Origin: an uncultured bacterium
Lineage (GTDB): Bacteria > Patescibacteriota > Microgenomatia > UBA1400 > CG1-02-47-37
Direction of reading: 5' to 3'
Assembly: GCA_963980215.1 (NCBI GenBank)
Contig: CAXBYZ010000002.1
Coordinates: 1,726-65,725 of the forward strand
DNA: 64,000 nt
A model generated the notes under the pieces. The model saw only the letters and a list, made by a program, of their open reading frames with translations, ran no database searches and was not told where the DNA came from. Shown here in pieces: positions 27,190 through 37,533 of this stretch (the first letter of the stretch is position 1; every line of letters starts with the position of its first letter). Both the position numbers and the translations under genes were made by a program.

Positions 27190-28628
27190 ACTTTTATCAA
27201 ATATACCCTCATCATCTCGTCATTAAAACCAAAAATCGATAATAATTTCAACCACGGCCACAACAACACTCCTACAAAAACTTGCCCCACCCCTCTTCCT
27301 AGTTTAGCCGTGATGTTATGGAAAAAAACTTGATGCCAAACCAAACCTTTTCTAATCACCTTGTACCCCGCTTTATTTATCACCTTTAAAAACTCATCTT
27401 TCGTCCAAAAATTCACATGAGTCTTGTCCCAATAAGCAAGGTAATCTTTTTTCAACCACTTTTCTGACAAATTCCCGGTTAACGGCACTTCCAAAACCAA
27501 AACTCCACCTGGTTTCAACCATTTTTTAATCCGCTTCAACTGCTTGACCGGATCTTTAATATGTTCCAACACATGATACATACTTATTACCTCATATTTT
27601 CTATTTGCCTCATATGCTTCAATCTTTTCCCCTTTTTTCTCATCTATTCCCATCGCCTTGATTCCCCACTCATTAGCCATCTTTACCAACTTGCCATCCC
27701 CACACCCCAAATCCAACCACTGAATACTTTTTTTCTTTACCACTTGCCTAGCTTCTCTCAACCTCATCCTCACAAACACCTCCCCCATCAACCAATCCAA
27801 GCTCATCAACATCGCTTTTACACTCATCTTTAATCTTCCCGAAACCAAACTCACTCCAACCAACAATCCCCACCTCAACCATCTCTCTCCTCCTGAAAAA
27901 TTCTTTAAAACCGTCACCAATCGATTTCGTCGATAATAAAAGACCACCTCATCGCTAGCCACATTTTGATTAAAACTCAAAGACCCTTTGTGCTCAATCA
28001 CACTCTTCATCACCCCCACAGCCGACCCTCCTAACCTTTTTGCCCTCAACTGCAAATCTACATCTTCGTAAAAATACTTGTACCACTCGTCAAAACCACC
28101 AAGATCAAAAAACCACTCTTTATTCACCATCAAGCAAGTACCATTGGCATACTCTCCTCTGATTATCTCTCCAAACTGCCCCCTATCTTCCTGCCCTCTT
28201 CCTACCGCTACCCCAAATCCTGGCCACAAATACTTCCCCGCTACGCAATCAATTTTACTGCTTTTGTATGTCAAAATCTTTGGTTGCAACATCAACTTTT
28301 TATTTCCCTCAGCCTGACCCCACAACTCCTTTAACCAGCTTTTTTGGACCACCGTGTCTGAGTTCAAAAACACTAGCCACTCACCCTTTGCCTCTCTAGC
28401 CCCCAAGTTACTCCCCCCTGCAAAAAACTTATTTTCGCAACTCACCACTATCCGCACTTTTTTACTCCCCCCATATTTTTTCTTTAACAACCCCAAGCTC
28501 CCATCACTAGACCCATTCTCCACCACCACCACTTCAAAACTCACCTCCACACTCTTCAATACCGAATCGACACACTCCCTGATATATTTCTCGCCGTTAT
28601 AGTTAACTATGACTACGCTTATCTTCAT
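27186..28628 (-). CDS. Bifunctional GT2 glycosyltransferase / class I SAM-dependent methyltransferase
   Basis: An N-terminal GT2 signature (VVIVNYNGEKYIRECVDSV...VVVENGSSDGS) and a C-terminal methyltransferase motif I (WLDLGCGDGKLV) with post-I motifs. Confidence 0.55.
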   Translation of the reverse strand: MKISVVIVNYNGEKYIRECVDSVLKSVEVSFEVVVVENGSSDGSLGLLKKKYGGSKKVRIVVSCENKFFAGGSNLGAREAKGEWLVFLNSDTVVQKSWLKELWGQAEGNKKLMLQPKILTYKSSKIDCVAGKYLWPGFGVAVGRGQEDRGQFGEIIRGEYANGTCLMVNKEWFFDLGGFDEWYKYFYEDVDLQLRAKRLGGSAVGVMKSVIEHKGSLSFNQNVASDEVVFYYRRNRLVTVLKNFSGGERWLRWGLLVGVSLVSGRLKMSVKAMLMSLDWLMGEVFVRMRLREARQVVKKKSIQWLDLGCGDGKLVKMANEWGIKAMGIDEKKGEKIEAYEANRKYEVISMYHVLEHIKDPVKQLKRIKKWLKPGGVLVLEVPLTGNLSEKWLKKDYLAYWDKTHVNFWTKDEFLKVINKAGYKVIRKGLVWHQVFFHNITAKLGRGVGQVFVGVLLWPWLKLLSIFGFNDEMMRVYLIKV

Positions 28629-29350
28629 AATTTTCTTACCTTAATAGCTAAAGCAGCTCCGCTTTTTAATCTCATAAATTTTCTCTTCTCTACCTTAAAA
28701 GAAATTCCCAACTTATTCAACCACAAGCACTTATGCCACTCACCAATCGTCTTTGTATCCAAGTAATAATAACTATCTACCAACTTCAATCCGAACTTTT
28801 TCAACAAACTCACCCACTTTTCTCTCGAGTACAAATGATAGTGATTATATTTTTTATTAAACAAAAAGCCATATAATTTTCCCCAACCAATATATGAGAT
28901 TAACTGATCACTCGGCATGGTGGCTACCAATAAACCACCCGGCTTTAACACCCGGCTCACCTCTCTTAGCACTCTTTCCAACTTACTGATATGCTCCAAG
29001 ACACTATTACTAAACATCACCTCAAACTCACCGTCAGCAAATGGCATCTCTCCAGCATCAGCCAACACCACTTCTTTATACACCCCGCTCTTCCTGGCTT
29101 TCCTCACCATCCCTTCATCATTATCAAGCCCTGTAACAAAGGACTGTCCTTTGTTACACTTTCCACCAAACACTTCCTTAGCAATCTCACCCTCGCCACA
29201 CCCCAAATCAAGAACTTTTTTACCAATAAAGTCTTTCCCCCACTCTTGTTTCACCAGCCCCACCTCAATTTCTCTCCAAATATTTGTTACTTGATCAAAC
29301 TTCATATTAAAATGGTTTCCCGGTAATATATGCCAAAGCCTTCCCAGCAT
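28625..29350 (-). CDS. Class I SAM-dependent methyltransferase
   Basis: Motif I VLDLGCGEGEIAKEV, motif II (VVLADAGEMPF) and a motif III region. Confidence 0.6.
   Translation of the reverse strand: MLGRLWHILPGNHFNMKFDQVTNIWREIEVGLVKQEWGKDFIGKKVLDLGCGEGEIAKEVFGGKCNKGQSFVTGLDNDEGMVRKARKSGVYKEVVLADAGEMPFADGEFEVMFSNSVLEHISKLERVLREVSRVLKPGGLLVATMPSDQLISYIGWGKLYGFLFNKKYNHYHLYSREKWVSLLKKFGLKLVDSYYYLDTKTIGEWHKCLWLNKLGISFKVEKRKFMRLKSGAALAIKVRKL
29134..29158. repeat. REP copy in frame inside the methyltransferase gene 28625-29350
   Basis: Encodes CNKGQSFVT on the - strand. Confidence 0.8.
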
Positions 29351-30371
29351 ACCAACTAACCCCTCTTTTCACCAACACTTTATCCATCCAGTTGTCATCA
29401 CTCATCAAATGCTTCTTAACCCATCTTCTTTTCCGCCACAACTTACCCAAATTACCAATCCACCAACCCGTTGCTCTTTCAATAGCCCACACATGATTGA
29501 TTTTACCTTTAATTAAAAACAAAAACTCCAGCCCCACCCAACCCACCGCTACACCAACCAACATTTGCCACTTTTTTAAACCCTCCCCATTCTTAAACAC
29601 CGTCATCGCTTGGTTTCTACACGCCAAGTACACCTGCTGATAATCCGTCTCTCTGGGGATCGGCTTAAGTTTGGTTCCATAAGCATGCTCCACTACCCCC
29701 ATCCACAAAAACCTTACCTCATATCCACTCTTCCACACTCTCCAAAACAAATCCGGCTCCTCCCAATAGTACACATAATCCTCATCCAAACCTCCAACTT
29801 TATAAAACACATCTTTTCGCACCACCATGCCCGCTCCCTTGCCAGAAAAAATTGCATCATCGCTATCAAACTGCCCCTCATCTTTTGCCTCTCTGGCTCT
29901 CTCCACCAAAAACCCATTTAAAGTCACCAACTCCCCCGCACTATCATACTTTTTACTTCCAATCCGTAGTAACTTCAACTGTCCCGCTCCAACCCTGGGA
30001 TGTCTATCTAAATACTTCACCACTCTATCCAAGCCCTCTCCCAACTTAGTATCATTATCCAAAAAGACCAAGTACTTTCCCCTGGCCACTCTAGCCCCAA
30101 CATTCCTAGCTTTACTCGGATTACCTTCCTGAATCTGTAGCAACTTAACAGGTTTATTCTTTAACCATCTCCTTACTCTATCTGCTTTATCAAAATCCAA
30201 CCCATTATTAATCACAATTATTTCTGCTTTTTCCACCTCCGAGGTGGTGTTGCGCCTGTGGCACACCTCGGAGGTGTGGTTAAGCACAGATTTCACCGTC
30301 TCTTTGAATAACGAGTCCCAGCGATGATTGGCAATAATTATCGACACCCTTACAACCATCTTCGTCTCCAC
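29307..30371 (-). CDS. GT2-family glycosyltransferase
   Basis: The SIIIANHR start motif and a DxD (YLVFLDNDT). It carries an in-frame palindromic element at 30234-30279. Confidence 0.6.
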   Translation of the reverse strand: METKMVVRVSIIIANHRWDSLFKETVKSVLNHTSEVCHRRNTTSEVEKAEIIVINNGLDFDKADRVRRWLKNKPVKLLQIQEGNPSKARNVGARVARGKYLVFLDNDTKLGEGLDRVVKYLDRHPRVGAGQLKLLRIGSKKYDSAGELVTLNGFLVERAREAKDEGQFDSDDAIFSGKGAGMVVRKDVFYKVGGLDEDYVYYWEEPDLFWRVWKSGYEVRFLWMGVVEHAYGTKLKPIPRETDYQQVYLACRNQAMTVFKNGEGLKKWQMLVGVAVGWVGLEFLFLIKGKINHVWAIERATGWWIGNLGKLWRKRRWVKKHLMSDDNWMDKVLVKRGVSWYAGKALAYITGKPF

Positions 30372-31090
30372 TTTAAATAATTTCTCACTCTCTCCAAAAT
30401 CTTTCGTCGATCCACATAAACTCCACCCTGACTAACCTCATGTCTCAAACGAACCCCCCGACTCCACACTAACCTAATCCCAAGCTCCTTTACCCTCATC
30501 GCCAAATCCAGTTCACACCACTCGGCCGTACCCTTATAACCCTTATCAAAGCCACCCACTCTCTTTACCAACTCCCGCCTCAAACACATATTACACGCCT
30601 CCAAGTAATCCACTTCCCACAAACCCTTCAACTTCAAACAACTCTTAAAGTTTGATCCCGGCGACCACCAACCATTACTATAAATTCTCCCCACATCACT
30701 TGGTCGACCTTGCAAAACCCACTTAACCCACACTTTAGCCAAAAAGTCATCCCGACCATACCACCAAAACACCAACCGATTATTCAGTAACTTCTCCGGC
30801 ACCAGAGTCGGCCCGGAGACTCCCCCCACCTTCGGATCTTCATCAAAAATCTTCACCAAATTCTTAGCCCAATTTTTACTCAAAACCACATCGTCATCAA
30901 TCCATGCCACCAACTCCCCCTTGGCTCGCCGCCACCCCAAATCCCGGGCTCTTGCCAGCGGCCTTTCTTTGACTACCACCAACTCCCAGTCAGAAAAACT
31001 CTGAGCCTCTAAACTTTTAACCGTTTTTTTTAAACTCTCCGGCCGCCCCCCCGAACAAATAATTACAGACAACTTGACCATAATCTCCAT
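30350..31090 (-). CDS. GT2-family glycosyltransferase
   Basis: LSVIICSGGRPESLKKTVKSLEAQ and a DDD motif (WIDDDVV). Confidence 0.6.
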   Translation of the reverse strand: MEIMVKLSVIICSGGRPESLKKTVKSLEAQSFSDWELVVVKERPLARARDLGWRRAKGELVAWIDDDVVLSKNWAKNLVKIFDEDPKVGGVSGPTLVPEKLLNNRLVFWWYGRDDFLAKVWVKWVLQGRPSDVGRIYSNGWWSPGSNFKSCLKLKGLWEVDYLEACNMCLRRELVKRVGGFDKGYKGTAEWCELDLAMRVKELGIRLVWSRGVRLRHEVSQGGVYVDRRKILERVRNYLKWRRRWL

Positions 31091-31113
31091 TTTATACTAA
31101 ACTGGTTATTAGC

Positions 31114-31584
31114 ATGAAACGACTGCTCGTCTTACTAAGCTTCTTGACTCTAACTTCCCCCGTTTTTGCTTCCGGTTTTCAGCTTAAAAACATTGGTGGT
31201 TTAGATACAAAAGGCATGGCTTACACCGAATGGTGGTACTCCACCGAAAACCCTTCCCTGTCTGGTATTACTTCAGTTGGTGACTCAGTCTCTGTCACTA
31301 TCGACGGCACTGCTAGCTCTGCAACTGTAGATGCTTCCGGAAACTGGAGTTACAACCCTACTACTCTCACCGCCGGCGACCACACTGTTTCTATTACCGG
31401 CGGCGCTGGCTCCACTTCATTTACTCTTCATGTTGGCTCAAGTATTCCCAGCAATGTCTCTGCACCCACCGACTCTGACATGCCCGTAGCTGGAATCATT
31501 GACAACACCATCGGACTCTGGCTCATTGGTGGCTTGCTTCTAGTCACTGGCATCTTCGTCATTCCCAACAAAATCAACTCTTAA
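31114..31584 (+). CDS. Small surface protein with a signal peptide, a Gly/Ser/Thr-rich beta-domain and a C-terminal TM anchor
   Basis: The signal peptide MKRLLVLLSFLTLTSPVFA and a C-terminal GLWLIGGLLLVTGIFVIP anchor. Confidence 0.4.
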   Translation: MKRLLVLLSFLTLTSPVFASGFQLKNIGGLDTKGMAYTEWWYSTENPSLSGITSVGDSVSVTIDGTASSATVDASGNWSYNPTTLTAGDHTVSITGGAGSTSFTLHVGSSIPSNVSAPTDSDMPVAGIIDNTIGLWLIGGLLLVTGIFVIPNKINS

Positions 31585-32636
31585 ACCAACTCCTCAAACA
31601 TCTCCTCATAATTTTTAGCTATCCTCTCCCAACCAAACCTCTCCAACCACCTCTCTCTTTCCCGCCTCTGTGTAACAAAGGTCCGACCTTTGTTACAAGC
31701 CTGCTCCAATTTTTTTGAGTACTCCTCACCCCAAACATCTTTCACATAAATTCCAAACTCTCCCAACAACTCCCGACGAAGCTCATCATCAGTCACTACC
31801 ATTGGTAATCCACTTGCCAAGGCTTCCAAATTCACAATCCCAAACTCCTCTGTACTCTCTGATACCATCGTAAATACGTCACACGCTCTATACACCTGAT
31901 CCAAATCTTTGTACTCCACTTTCATTCTCAAAAACCTCTTACCTAATAATCGTTTCCCCAACTTCTCCATCTCATCACTCCCACCAACCAGCAACAAACT
32001 AGCTTCCTTAACTTTGACCATCGCTTTTATCGTCGCCTCCACTCGCTTATACCTATCCGGCCCAGCCACACACAAAACTACTGCCTTAGTCTCGCGACGA
32101 AGCTTTTCCAGAGATTCACTTTTCAACCTCTTTCCCTCCGGACTAAATCTTTTCAAATCCACTCCATGAGGAGCAATCTCAATCTTTACTCCCTTACTAT
32201 ATTTTCTAGCCCACTTAGCGTTTCGCTTGGTTGAAGCCACAAACACATCCGGTCGCATCAATAAGTTCCAGCGATCACACCAACCCAAACCAGCCAATCC
32301 CGGAATTACCAACTTTATCCCCGTTAACCAACTATACAATCGGCAAAGCAAACTCTGCCAACCCCCATTCACCGGAATTAAAAAATCTACCTCACCAACT
32401 TTTTTCAACGCTTTCACCGTAAACCAAAAAATCTTCAAGTGATAATAATCCAGCATCAACATTCTCCAACTATTCCCTTTAGTCATCTTTTCCCAATCTA
32501 CTTTCATTCCCAAACTCTCTGCACTTATCACCTGAACTTCATGTCTCTTTTTCCATTCTTGCTCCAACTCCCTCACCACCGTTTCCACTCCTCGGCTAAT
32601 CTGTCCGCTAGTAAAACTTAAAACCGCTATCTTCAT
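31581..32636 (-). CDS. GT4 (GT-B) glycosyltransferase
   Basis: The C-terminal E...FGIVNLEALASGLPMVVTD signature of GT4 enzymes. Confidence 0.65.
   Translation of the reverse strand: MKIAVLSFTSGQISRGVETVVRELEQEWKKRHEVQVISAESLGMKVDWEKMTKGNSWRMLMLDYYHLKIFWFTVKALKKVGEVDFLIPVNGGWQSLLCRLYSWLTGIKLVIPGLAGLGWCDRWNLLMRPDVFVASTKRNAKWARKYSKGVKIEIAPHGVDLKRFSPEGKRLKSESLEKLRRETKAVVLCVAGPDRYKRVEATIKAMVKVKEASLLLVGGSDEMEKLGKRLLGKRFLRMKVEYKDLDQVYRACDVFTMVSESTEEFGIVNLEALASGLPMVVTDDELRRELLGEFGIYVKDVWGEEYSKKLEQACNKGRTFVTQRRERERWLERFGWERIAKNYEEMFEELV
31672..31696. repeat. REP variant (GTAACAAAGGTCCGACCTTTGTTAC) in frame inside the GT4 gene
   Basis: Same arms, different centre; encodes CNKGRTFVT. Confidence 0.7.
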
Positions 32637-33652
32637 ATCCTATAGTTAGTCAAGGTTCGTAACCTTGAGTAAATAACTGCCTTTGAATATATAAATACCA
32701 TACTAACACACACCAGCGGATGCCAGAACCAAGCAATATCTGGCTTAGATATATATCCAAAAAAAGACTCCAGTATCGGCCCAATAAAAGTTATAGAGTA
32801 AATACAATATCCAATTACTTTAATCACATCCTTAAAATCTCGCACCCAAACAAAACGCCGAATCTTCCTTTGCTCCAAGTAAAGCTTGGTCATGTACTTA
32901 TAACGCTTCCTTAGTGACTTTAAAAAGCTCTCACCAGTGTCGTGAACAATCGTATTTTTCACCACTCCAAACTTATCTTCTCCCATACTAACCAAGTCCC
33001 AAAACACATCTATATGCGAAAAATTCTTCTCACTTACCTTCGCTTTCATTAGCTTCTCCCGCCACACCAAAACTCCGTTATCTCCCAAAGTTGGCATGCT
33101 ATCTTTACTAAACTTCACTCTCCACCAACTTCCTTTATCCTCCACTCTGCCCGCCAACCTCCATTTCTCACTCCCCCAACTTTGACGGTCAGCTCGACCC
33201 ATAAACTTGGCCACCGGATCGTTAGCTCCCATCAAGGCATAGTAGCGATTCAAGCTAGTGTCGGTTTTTCTCACTTCATACCGCCAGGGATAAACTGCCA
33301 CTAACTTAGGCTCACTTTCAAGCACCTTAACCATCTTTGATAGCCAATCTTTAGTTGGCAGTACATTATCACTAGCTATCAATAAAATCAGCTCGCCCTT
33401 TGCCTGCCTTAAACCAGTTGCTTTAGCAGATTCGGGATTACCAGTCTTCTCGCTCACCACTTTACAACCATACTTCTTCAACACTTCCACCGTCCCATCA
33501 TCAGATCCACCATCGGCCACTATTATCTCTACCTCACCCACATAATCTTGCTCCCTCACAATCTTCAAACAGGCCTCAACCGTTCTAATACTATTAAACG
33601 TCGGCATCACCACACTAATAGATCTCATATCTACATAGTATACTATTCCCAA
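32633..33652 (-). CDS. GT2-family glycosyltransferase
   Basis: ISVVMPTFNSIRTVEACL and the GGSDDGT motif. The 3' end contains an in-frame hairpin element (32640-32671). Confidence 0.65.
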   Translation of the reverse strand: MGIVYYVDMRSISVVMPTFNSIRTVEACLKIVREQDYVGEVEIIVADGGSDDGTVEVLKKYGCKVVSEKTGNPESAKATGLRQAKGELILLIASDNVLPTKDWLSKMVKVLESEPKLVAVYPWRYEVRKTDTSLNRYYALMGANDPVAKFMGRADRQSWGSEKWRLAGRVEDKGSWWRVKFSKDSMPTLGDNGVLVWREKLMKAKVSEKNFSHIDVFWDLVSMGEDKFGVVKNTIVHDTGESFLKSLRKRYKYMTKLYLEQRKIRRFVWVRDFKDVIKVIGYCIYSITFIGPILESFFGYISKPDIAWFWHPLVCVSMVFIYSKAVIYSRLRTLTNYRI

Positions 33653-34860
33653 TGATCTTCAAATCCACCCTTATCATCTTTGCTACCAACACTATTGCTC
33701 ACTTTTTAAACTACCTCTACCATTTTATTGCCGGTAGATTTTTATCCCCCGACCAATTTGGCTTGCTGGAAAGCTTTGTAGCTTTAAATTATCTCCTAGC
33801 CGTCGTCATCTCCGCTTTCTCTCTCTCAATCATCCACCAACTAAGCCTCACCAAAAAATCTCATCAACCAACTCTCATCAACCAACTCCAAACCTTCAGC
33901 CTCAAGCTCACTTTGGTTGTTTGGTCAATCACTCTCCTGTTTTTCCCTCTCTTAAAACGCTTGCTTCACTTTAATAACCCCTACCTCCTCTTCCTCTTCT
34001 CTCTCCAAATCCTCTTTAGTTTTACTCCCACCCTCTACCTCTCGTTTCTCCAAGCCAAACTAAAATTTACCAAATATAGCCTAGTTAACCTCCTCTCACC
34101 TCTAGTAAAAACTCTTTCAAGTCTCATTCTTTTTTTTCTAGGTTTCAAAGTCTCCGGCGCTCTCACCGGCCTCTTTCTAGCTAGTCTTATCCCTGCCATT
34201 TTTAGCTACCAACTGGTCAAACCCCACTTACCCAAGCATCAACAAAAACCTCCTCTTCCTCTCCCCCCATCTTTTTTTAAGTTCGGCCTGACCGCTTTTA
34301 TTGTCAACCTCTCCCTCACTTCTCTCTACACTTCAGACGTCCTGCTGGTCCGATTTTTTATCTCTCACCAAAGTGGCCTCTACGCCGCTGCTTCCGTCCT
34401 CTCTAAGATCATCTTCTTTGTCTCCGCCTCGGTTCTCACCGTCACCTTCCCCGTCTTCACTCTTCAGACTAACAATCTAAACAAGCTTAAAACCAGCTTT
34501 AAAAATGCCTTTTTCTTAATCTCCATTATTGCCTTTCTCGGAGTCATCGTCTACCAAACCTATCCTCATCTAGTCATCAAATTATTCTCCAGCTCCGAAT
34601 ACACCCTAGCCACCACCCTCCTTCCCGGCTTCTCTCTCTTTATTTTTTTCTTCACTCTCTTTAATTTATCTACTCAGCTTCTCCTTATCTTAAATAAACG
34701 CTTGGCCATTCTAACCACTCTCATCCCCGCTATCTTTCAAGTCATCCTCATTTTTCTCTTTCACCAAAACCTATTCCAAGTCATCACTAACTCCATTATT
34801 ACTACTCTTTTTGGTCTCACCCTCTCCTTGATTTTTATTCTCAAGTTGTTATATATTTAA
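33652..34860 (+). CDS. Polysaccharide flippase (Wzx/MATE-like) membrane protein
   Basis: About 12 predicted TM helices, lying in the GT cluster. Confidence 0.45.
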   Translation: MIFKSTLIIFATNTIAHFLNYLYHFIAGRFLSPDQFGLLESFVALNYLLAVVISAFSLSIIHQLSLTKKSHQPTLINQLQTFSLKLTLVVWSITLLFFPLLKRLLHFNNPYLLFLFSLQILFSFTPTLYLSFLQAKLKFTKYSLVNLLSPLVKTLSSLILFFLGFKVSGALTGLFLASLIPAIFSYQLVKPHLPKHQQKPPLPLPPSFFKFGLTAFIVNLSLTSLYTSDVLLVRFFISHQSGLYAAASVLSKIIFFVSASVLTVTFPVFTLQTNNLNKLKTSFKNAFFLISIIAFLGVIVYQTYPHLVIKLFSSSEYTLATTLLPGFSLFIFFFTLFNLSTQLLLILNKRLAILTTLIPAIFQVILIFLFHQNLFQVITNSIITTLFGLTLSLIFILKLLYI

Positions 34861-34956
34861 TCAATACCCACCTTCACTCAAGAACCATACCAAGCTCCCT
34901 CTACTTTAGAAAAAGTTCTAAAGCCCAGTCTTCTCGTTCCTCTTTTTCTTGGCACT

Positions 34957-35610
34957 TTGGTCCTCTATCTTATCTACTTCTTTACCCCTTCAAGCATTAC
35001 TGCCCTAATCCCCAATCCTTTCTCAAAAAAATCTACCATCACTGTTTTAGGCACCGGCACTGTCAAAGCCACTCCTGATACCGCCCAGTTTGCCATCACC
35101 GTGGCCGCCACCGGCAATGACTCTAATCAATCTTTAAGCAACGCCAAAACCAAGGTTAACTCTCTAATCGATTCTCTCAAAAATAAAGGCTTAACCGATT
35201 CAGACTTTCAAGTAGCCGCCTACAATGCCACTTCTACTCCTACAACTGATAAACTCATCTACGCAGCCGGCACTACTATCTTAGTCACTTCCCCCGATCT
35301 CAATCTAGCTGAAGACTTGATCAACACCTCTCTTTCCGCCGGAGCTAGACTCAGTATCCCTCTTACCTACACCGTCAATTCCGTCGATAAAGTATCTTAC
35401 GAGAAAAAAGCCCGAGACGAGGCTGTCAAAAACGCCAACCAAAAAGCCCAAAACATTGCCACCGCCTACCACAAACAACTAGGTAAAATGATCGCTTACA
35501 CCGAAAACCCCTCCACCCAAGGTAGTCTTTCCGACTCTTCCTCATCTTCCTCCCGCCCCGGCGAAATCGAAATTTCTCAAACAATTCAAGTAAGTTTTTA
35601 CACTAAGTAA
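34957..35610 (+). CDS. SIMPL-domain (DUF541) protein
   Basis: ITVLGTGTVKATPDTAQFAITV...GLTDSDFQVAAYNA...AVKNANQKAQNIATAY resembles the SIMPL family. Confidence 0.5.
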   Translation: MVLYLIYFFTPSSITALIPNPFSKKSTITVLGTGTVKATPDTAQFAITVAATGNDSNQSLSNAKTKVNSLIDSLKNKGLTDSDFQVAAYNATSTPTTDKLIYAAGTTILVTSPDLNLAEDLINTSLSAGARLSIPLTYTVNSVDKVSYEKKARDEAVKNANQKAQNIATAYHKQLGKMIAYTENPSTQGSLSDSSSSSSRPGEIEISQTIQVSFYTK

Positions 35611-36342
35611 CTAATTCCTACTTATCTCATCTTTTAATAAACTTAAAAGCTCCGGCCGAATTTGTTGAATGGTTTTATTCAGCACACTCACTGGTAATAA
35701 TGGATTCAAGTCTTGGTTTAATACTTTATCGGTCACTCGCCTCTCCAGAAACTCAACCACTTTATCCAGGTACTTCACATAGCTCATCTTGGTAGAATTC
35801 TCAACTACAGCTTGATTCACTGGTAATCCATTCAAGAAAAAATACCATAGATCATAAAAATCTCTACCGGCTATTTTATTAGTTTTTTCAAATCTAGCTA
35901 AACTAGCCACCAACTTATTAGCCACCATAGTCCCTAATGTATGACCGGAACAGTACATATTAATTTCTTTCAAATGAATTTTCTCATAAGTATTTTTTAT
36001 ACTCGGTTTGTCGTTAATCTCTAATTTAATCGTATTCCTCTCACCAGCCTTTGCTTCATACCTTAAAAAAAACTGCAAGTATTTTTTACTCTCATCTTTA
36101 ATTTGAAAACCCAATTTATCAAATATCCGGTAGCAAGCCTGCCTCACCTGTTTCTTTTTACTTTTATCAGGCAGGTCAAAATCAAGATCAACAGAAAACC
36201 GATCCAACACTCCCCTCAAAGCCGCGTAGGTCCCTCCCTTAAACTGCAAACATAAACGCAAATCCTTATTGCAAAGTATCTCTCTTAGTAATCTCAACAT
36301 CACCAATTTATGTTGAGCATCTTTTGGTTGTGGCAAAATCAT
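35611..36342 (-). CDS. AbiEii-family nucleotidyltransferase (toxin of a type IV TA pair)
   Basis: LQFKGGTYAALRGVLDRFSVDLDFD, a nucleotidyltransferase motif; 4-nt overlap with the upstream AbiEi-like gene. Confidence 0.6.
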   Translation of the reverse strand: MILPQPKDAQHKLVMLRLLREILCNKDLRLCLQFKGGTYAALRGVLDRFSVDLDFDLPDKSKKKQVRQACYRIFDKLGFQIKDESKKYLQFFLRYEAKAGERNTIKLEINDKPSIKNTYEKIHLKEINMYCSGHTLGTMVANKLVASLARFEKTNKIAGRDFYDLWYFFLNGLPVNQAVVENSTKMSYVKYLDKVVEFLERRVTDKVLNQDLNPLLPVSVLNKTIQQIRPELLSLLKDEISRN

Positions 36343-36890
36343 AAATAACCTACCTCTCTCTGCATGGTTTTCAATTTATCTTTTCTGATAACTAATTGGT
36401 TATCCACATAGTAATTAGGGTTAGCCCTCAACAAATCTGCCAAAGCCCGCTCCCCACTCGCCACACTAAAAGTCTTACCATCATTAATCCCCGCCCGGTT
36501 CATTAAAAATCTTGGATTTAAATACCTACACAAAAAACTATTCCCACCTAGCTCAAACTCTTTGGCTTTCTGACCGAATAAAGTTATTTTATTCACCTGT
36601 TGCTGGATTATTCCCTCTTTAACTAAAATCGTCTCACCACTAATGTAGCTATGAGGCCCACTGACTGCACAACCCAACTCAAGCAGATCAAGCTTATTTA
36701 GGGGCAAGACGCTATACATGCCTCGCTGAACCGGATAAAGAATCTTTCGTTTTATATATCTTTGAATCGTCATCCACAAACTATTCTCATTCTCAATCTC
36801 CCACAACACTCCCAAATCCCCTGTTCTAAAGATTTTCTTCTCCTGCTCCAACAAAATCTTTTGATAGTTTGTATTTCTCTTATTATACAT
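36339..36890 (-). CDS. AbiEi-family antitoxin / transcriptional regulator
   Basis: An N-terminal wHTH with FRTGDL...RGMYSV (the AbiEi RGxY motif); operonic with the AbiEii-like gene. Confidence 0.55.
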   Translation of the reverse strand: MYNKRNTNYQKILLEQEKKIFRTGDLGVLWEIENENSLWMTIQRYIKRKILYPVQRGMYSVLPLNKLDLLELGCAVSGPHSYISGETILVKEGIIQQQVNKITLFGQKAKEFELGGNSFLCRYLNPRFLMNRAGINDGKTFSVASGERALADLLRANPNYYVDNQLVIRKDKLKTMQREVGYL

Positions 36891-37035
36891 ATAAGTATAT
36901 GATACGAAATACTTATCAAAATGTCAACCCACAACCTTCAACCCTATAGTCAGTCAAGGTTCGTAACCTTGAGTTCTTCCCCCTGACAGGGACTGTCCCT
37001 GTCAACCTACAAGGATCATCCTTGTAGGCTACAAT

Positions 37036-37533
37036 CTAAAAATCCCAAGCTGACGGATCTATTGCACGCTCAACAAAGTTTCCATTTCCATCAGGAACCA
37101 ATATAGGTAGAAATTGATTATCTAGCTTTTTCACTGAATCCAAAGTTAATACTTGAATATCATTGGGAGTATCTGCAGTTCTAAAAGCCTGTAAAAATTC
37201 ATTAACAGTCTCATCGTAATAACCCCTCATTAGCTCAGGACTTAATCCTACTCTCTCCAATGCCCTCATGTCATCAGTCATTGCTCCAATTTCTTCTAGG
37301 GCATCCGCCATTACTCTACCGCTATCAAAATTAGTAGCCTGTGCACCAAACTCTAAAATATTATCTGTAACTCCACTCATCCCTCTTAGCAAATGATTTG
37401 TTTCATGATGAACTGTAGCCACTAAATCACTCGGAGCAAATAACTGACCATAATCCAATCCAATTGTTGCTTGGTTTAACCTCTGATTAGCACTTCCTGC
37501 AATATCCCCACTACTTGACCTCCTCTTTGCCAA
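37036..37533 (-). CDS. C-terminal segment of a surface protein carrying an HExxH zinc-metalloprotease motif
   Basis: VATVHHETNHLLRG contains HETNH. The ORF uses a TTG start and overlaps the previous ORF by 58 nt in another frame. Confidence 0.35.
   Translation of the reverse strand: MAKRRSSSGDIAGSANQRLNQATIGLDYGQLFAPSDLVATVHHETNHLLRGMSGVTDNILEFGAQATNFDSGRVMADALEEIGAMTDDMRALERVGLSPELMRGYYDETVNEFLQAFRTADTPNDIQVLTLDSVKKLDNQFLPILVPDGNGNFVERAIDPSAWDF

Noticed and set aside
31114-31584. Sortase substrate (LPXTG) in the small surface protein
   Set aside because: The C-terminus reads SDMPVAG followed by a TM helix. This is not a canonical LPXTG, and no sortase gene is in the window.
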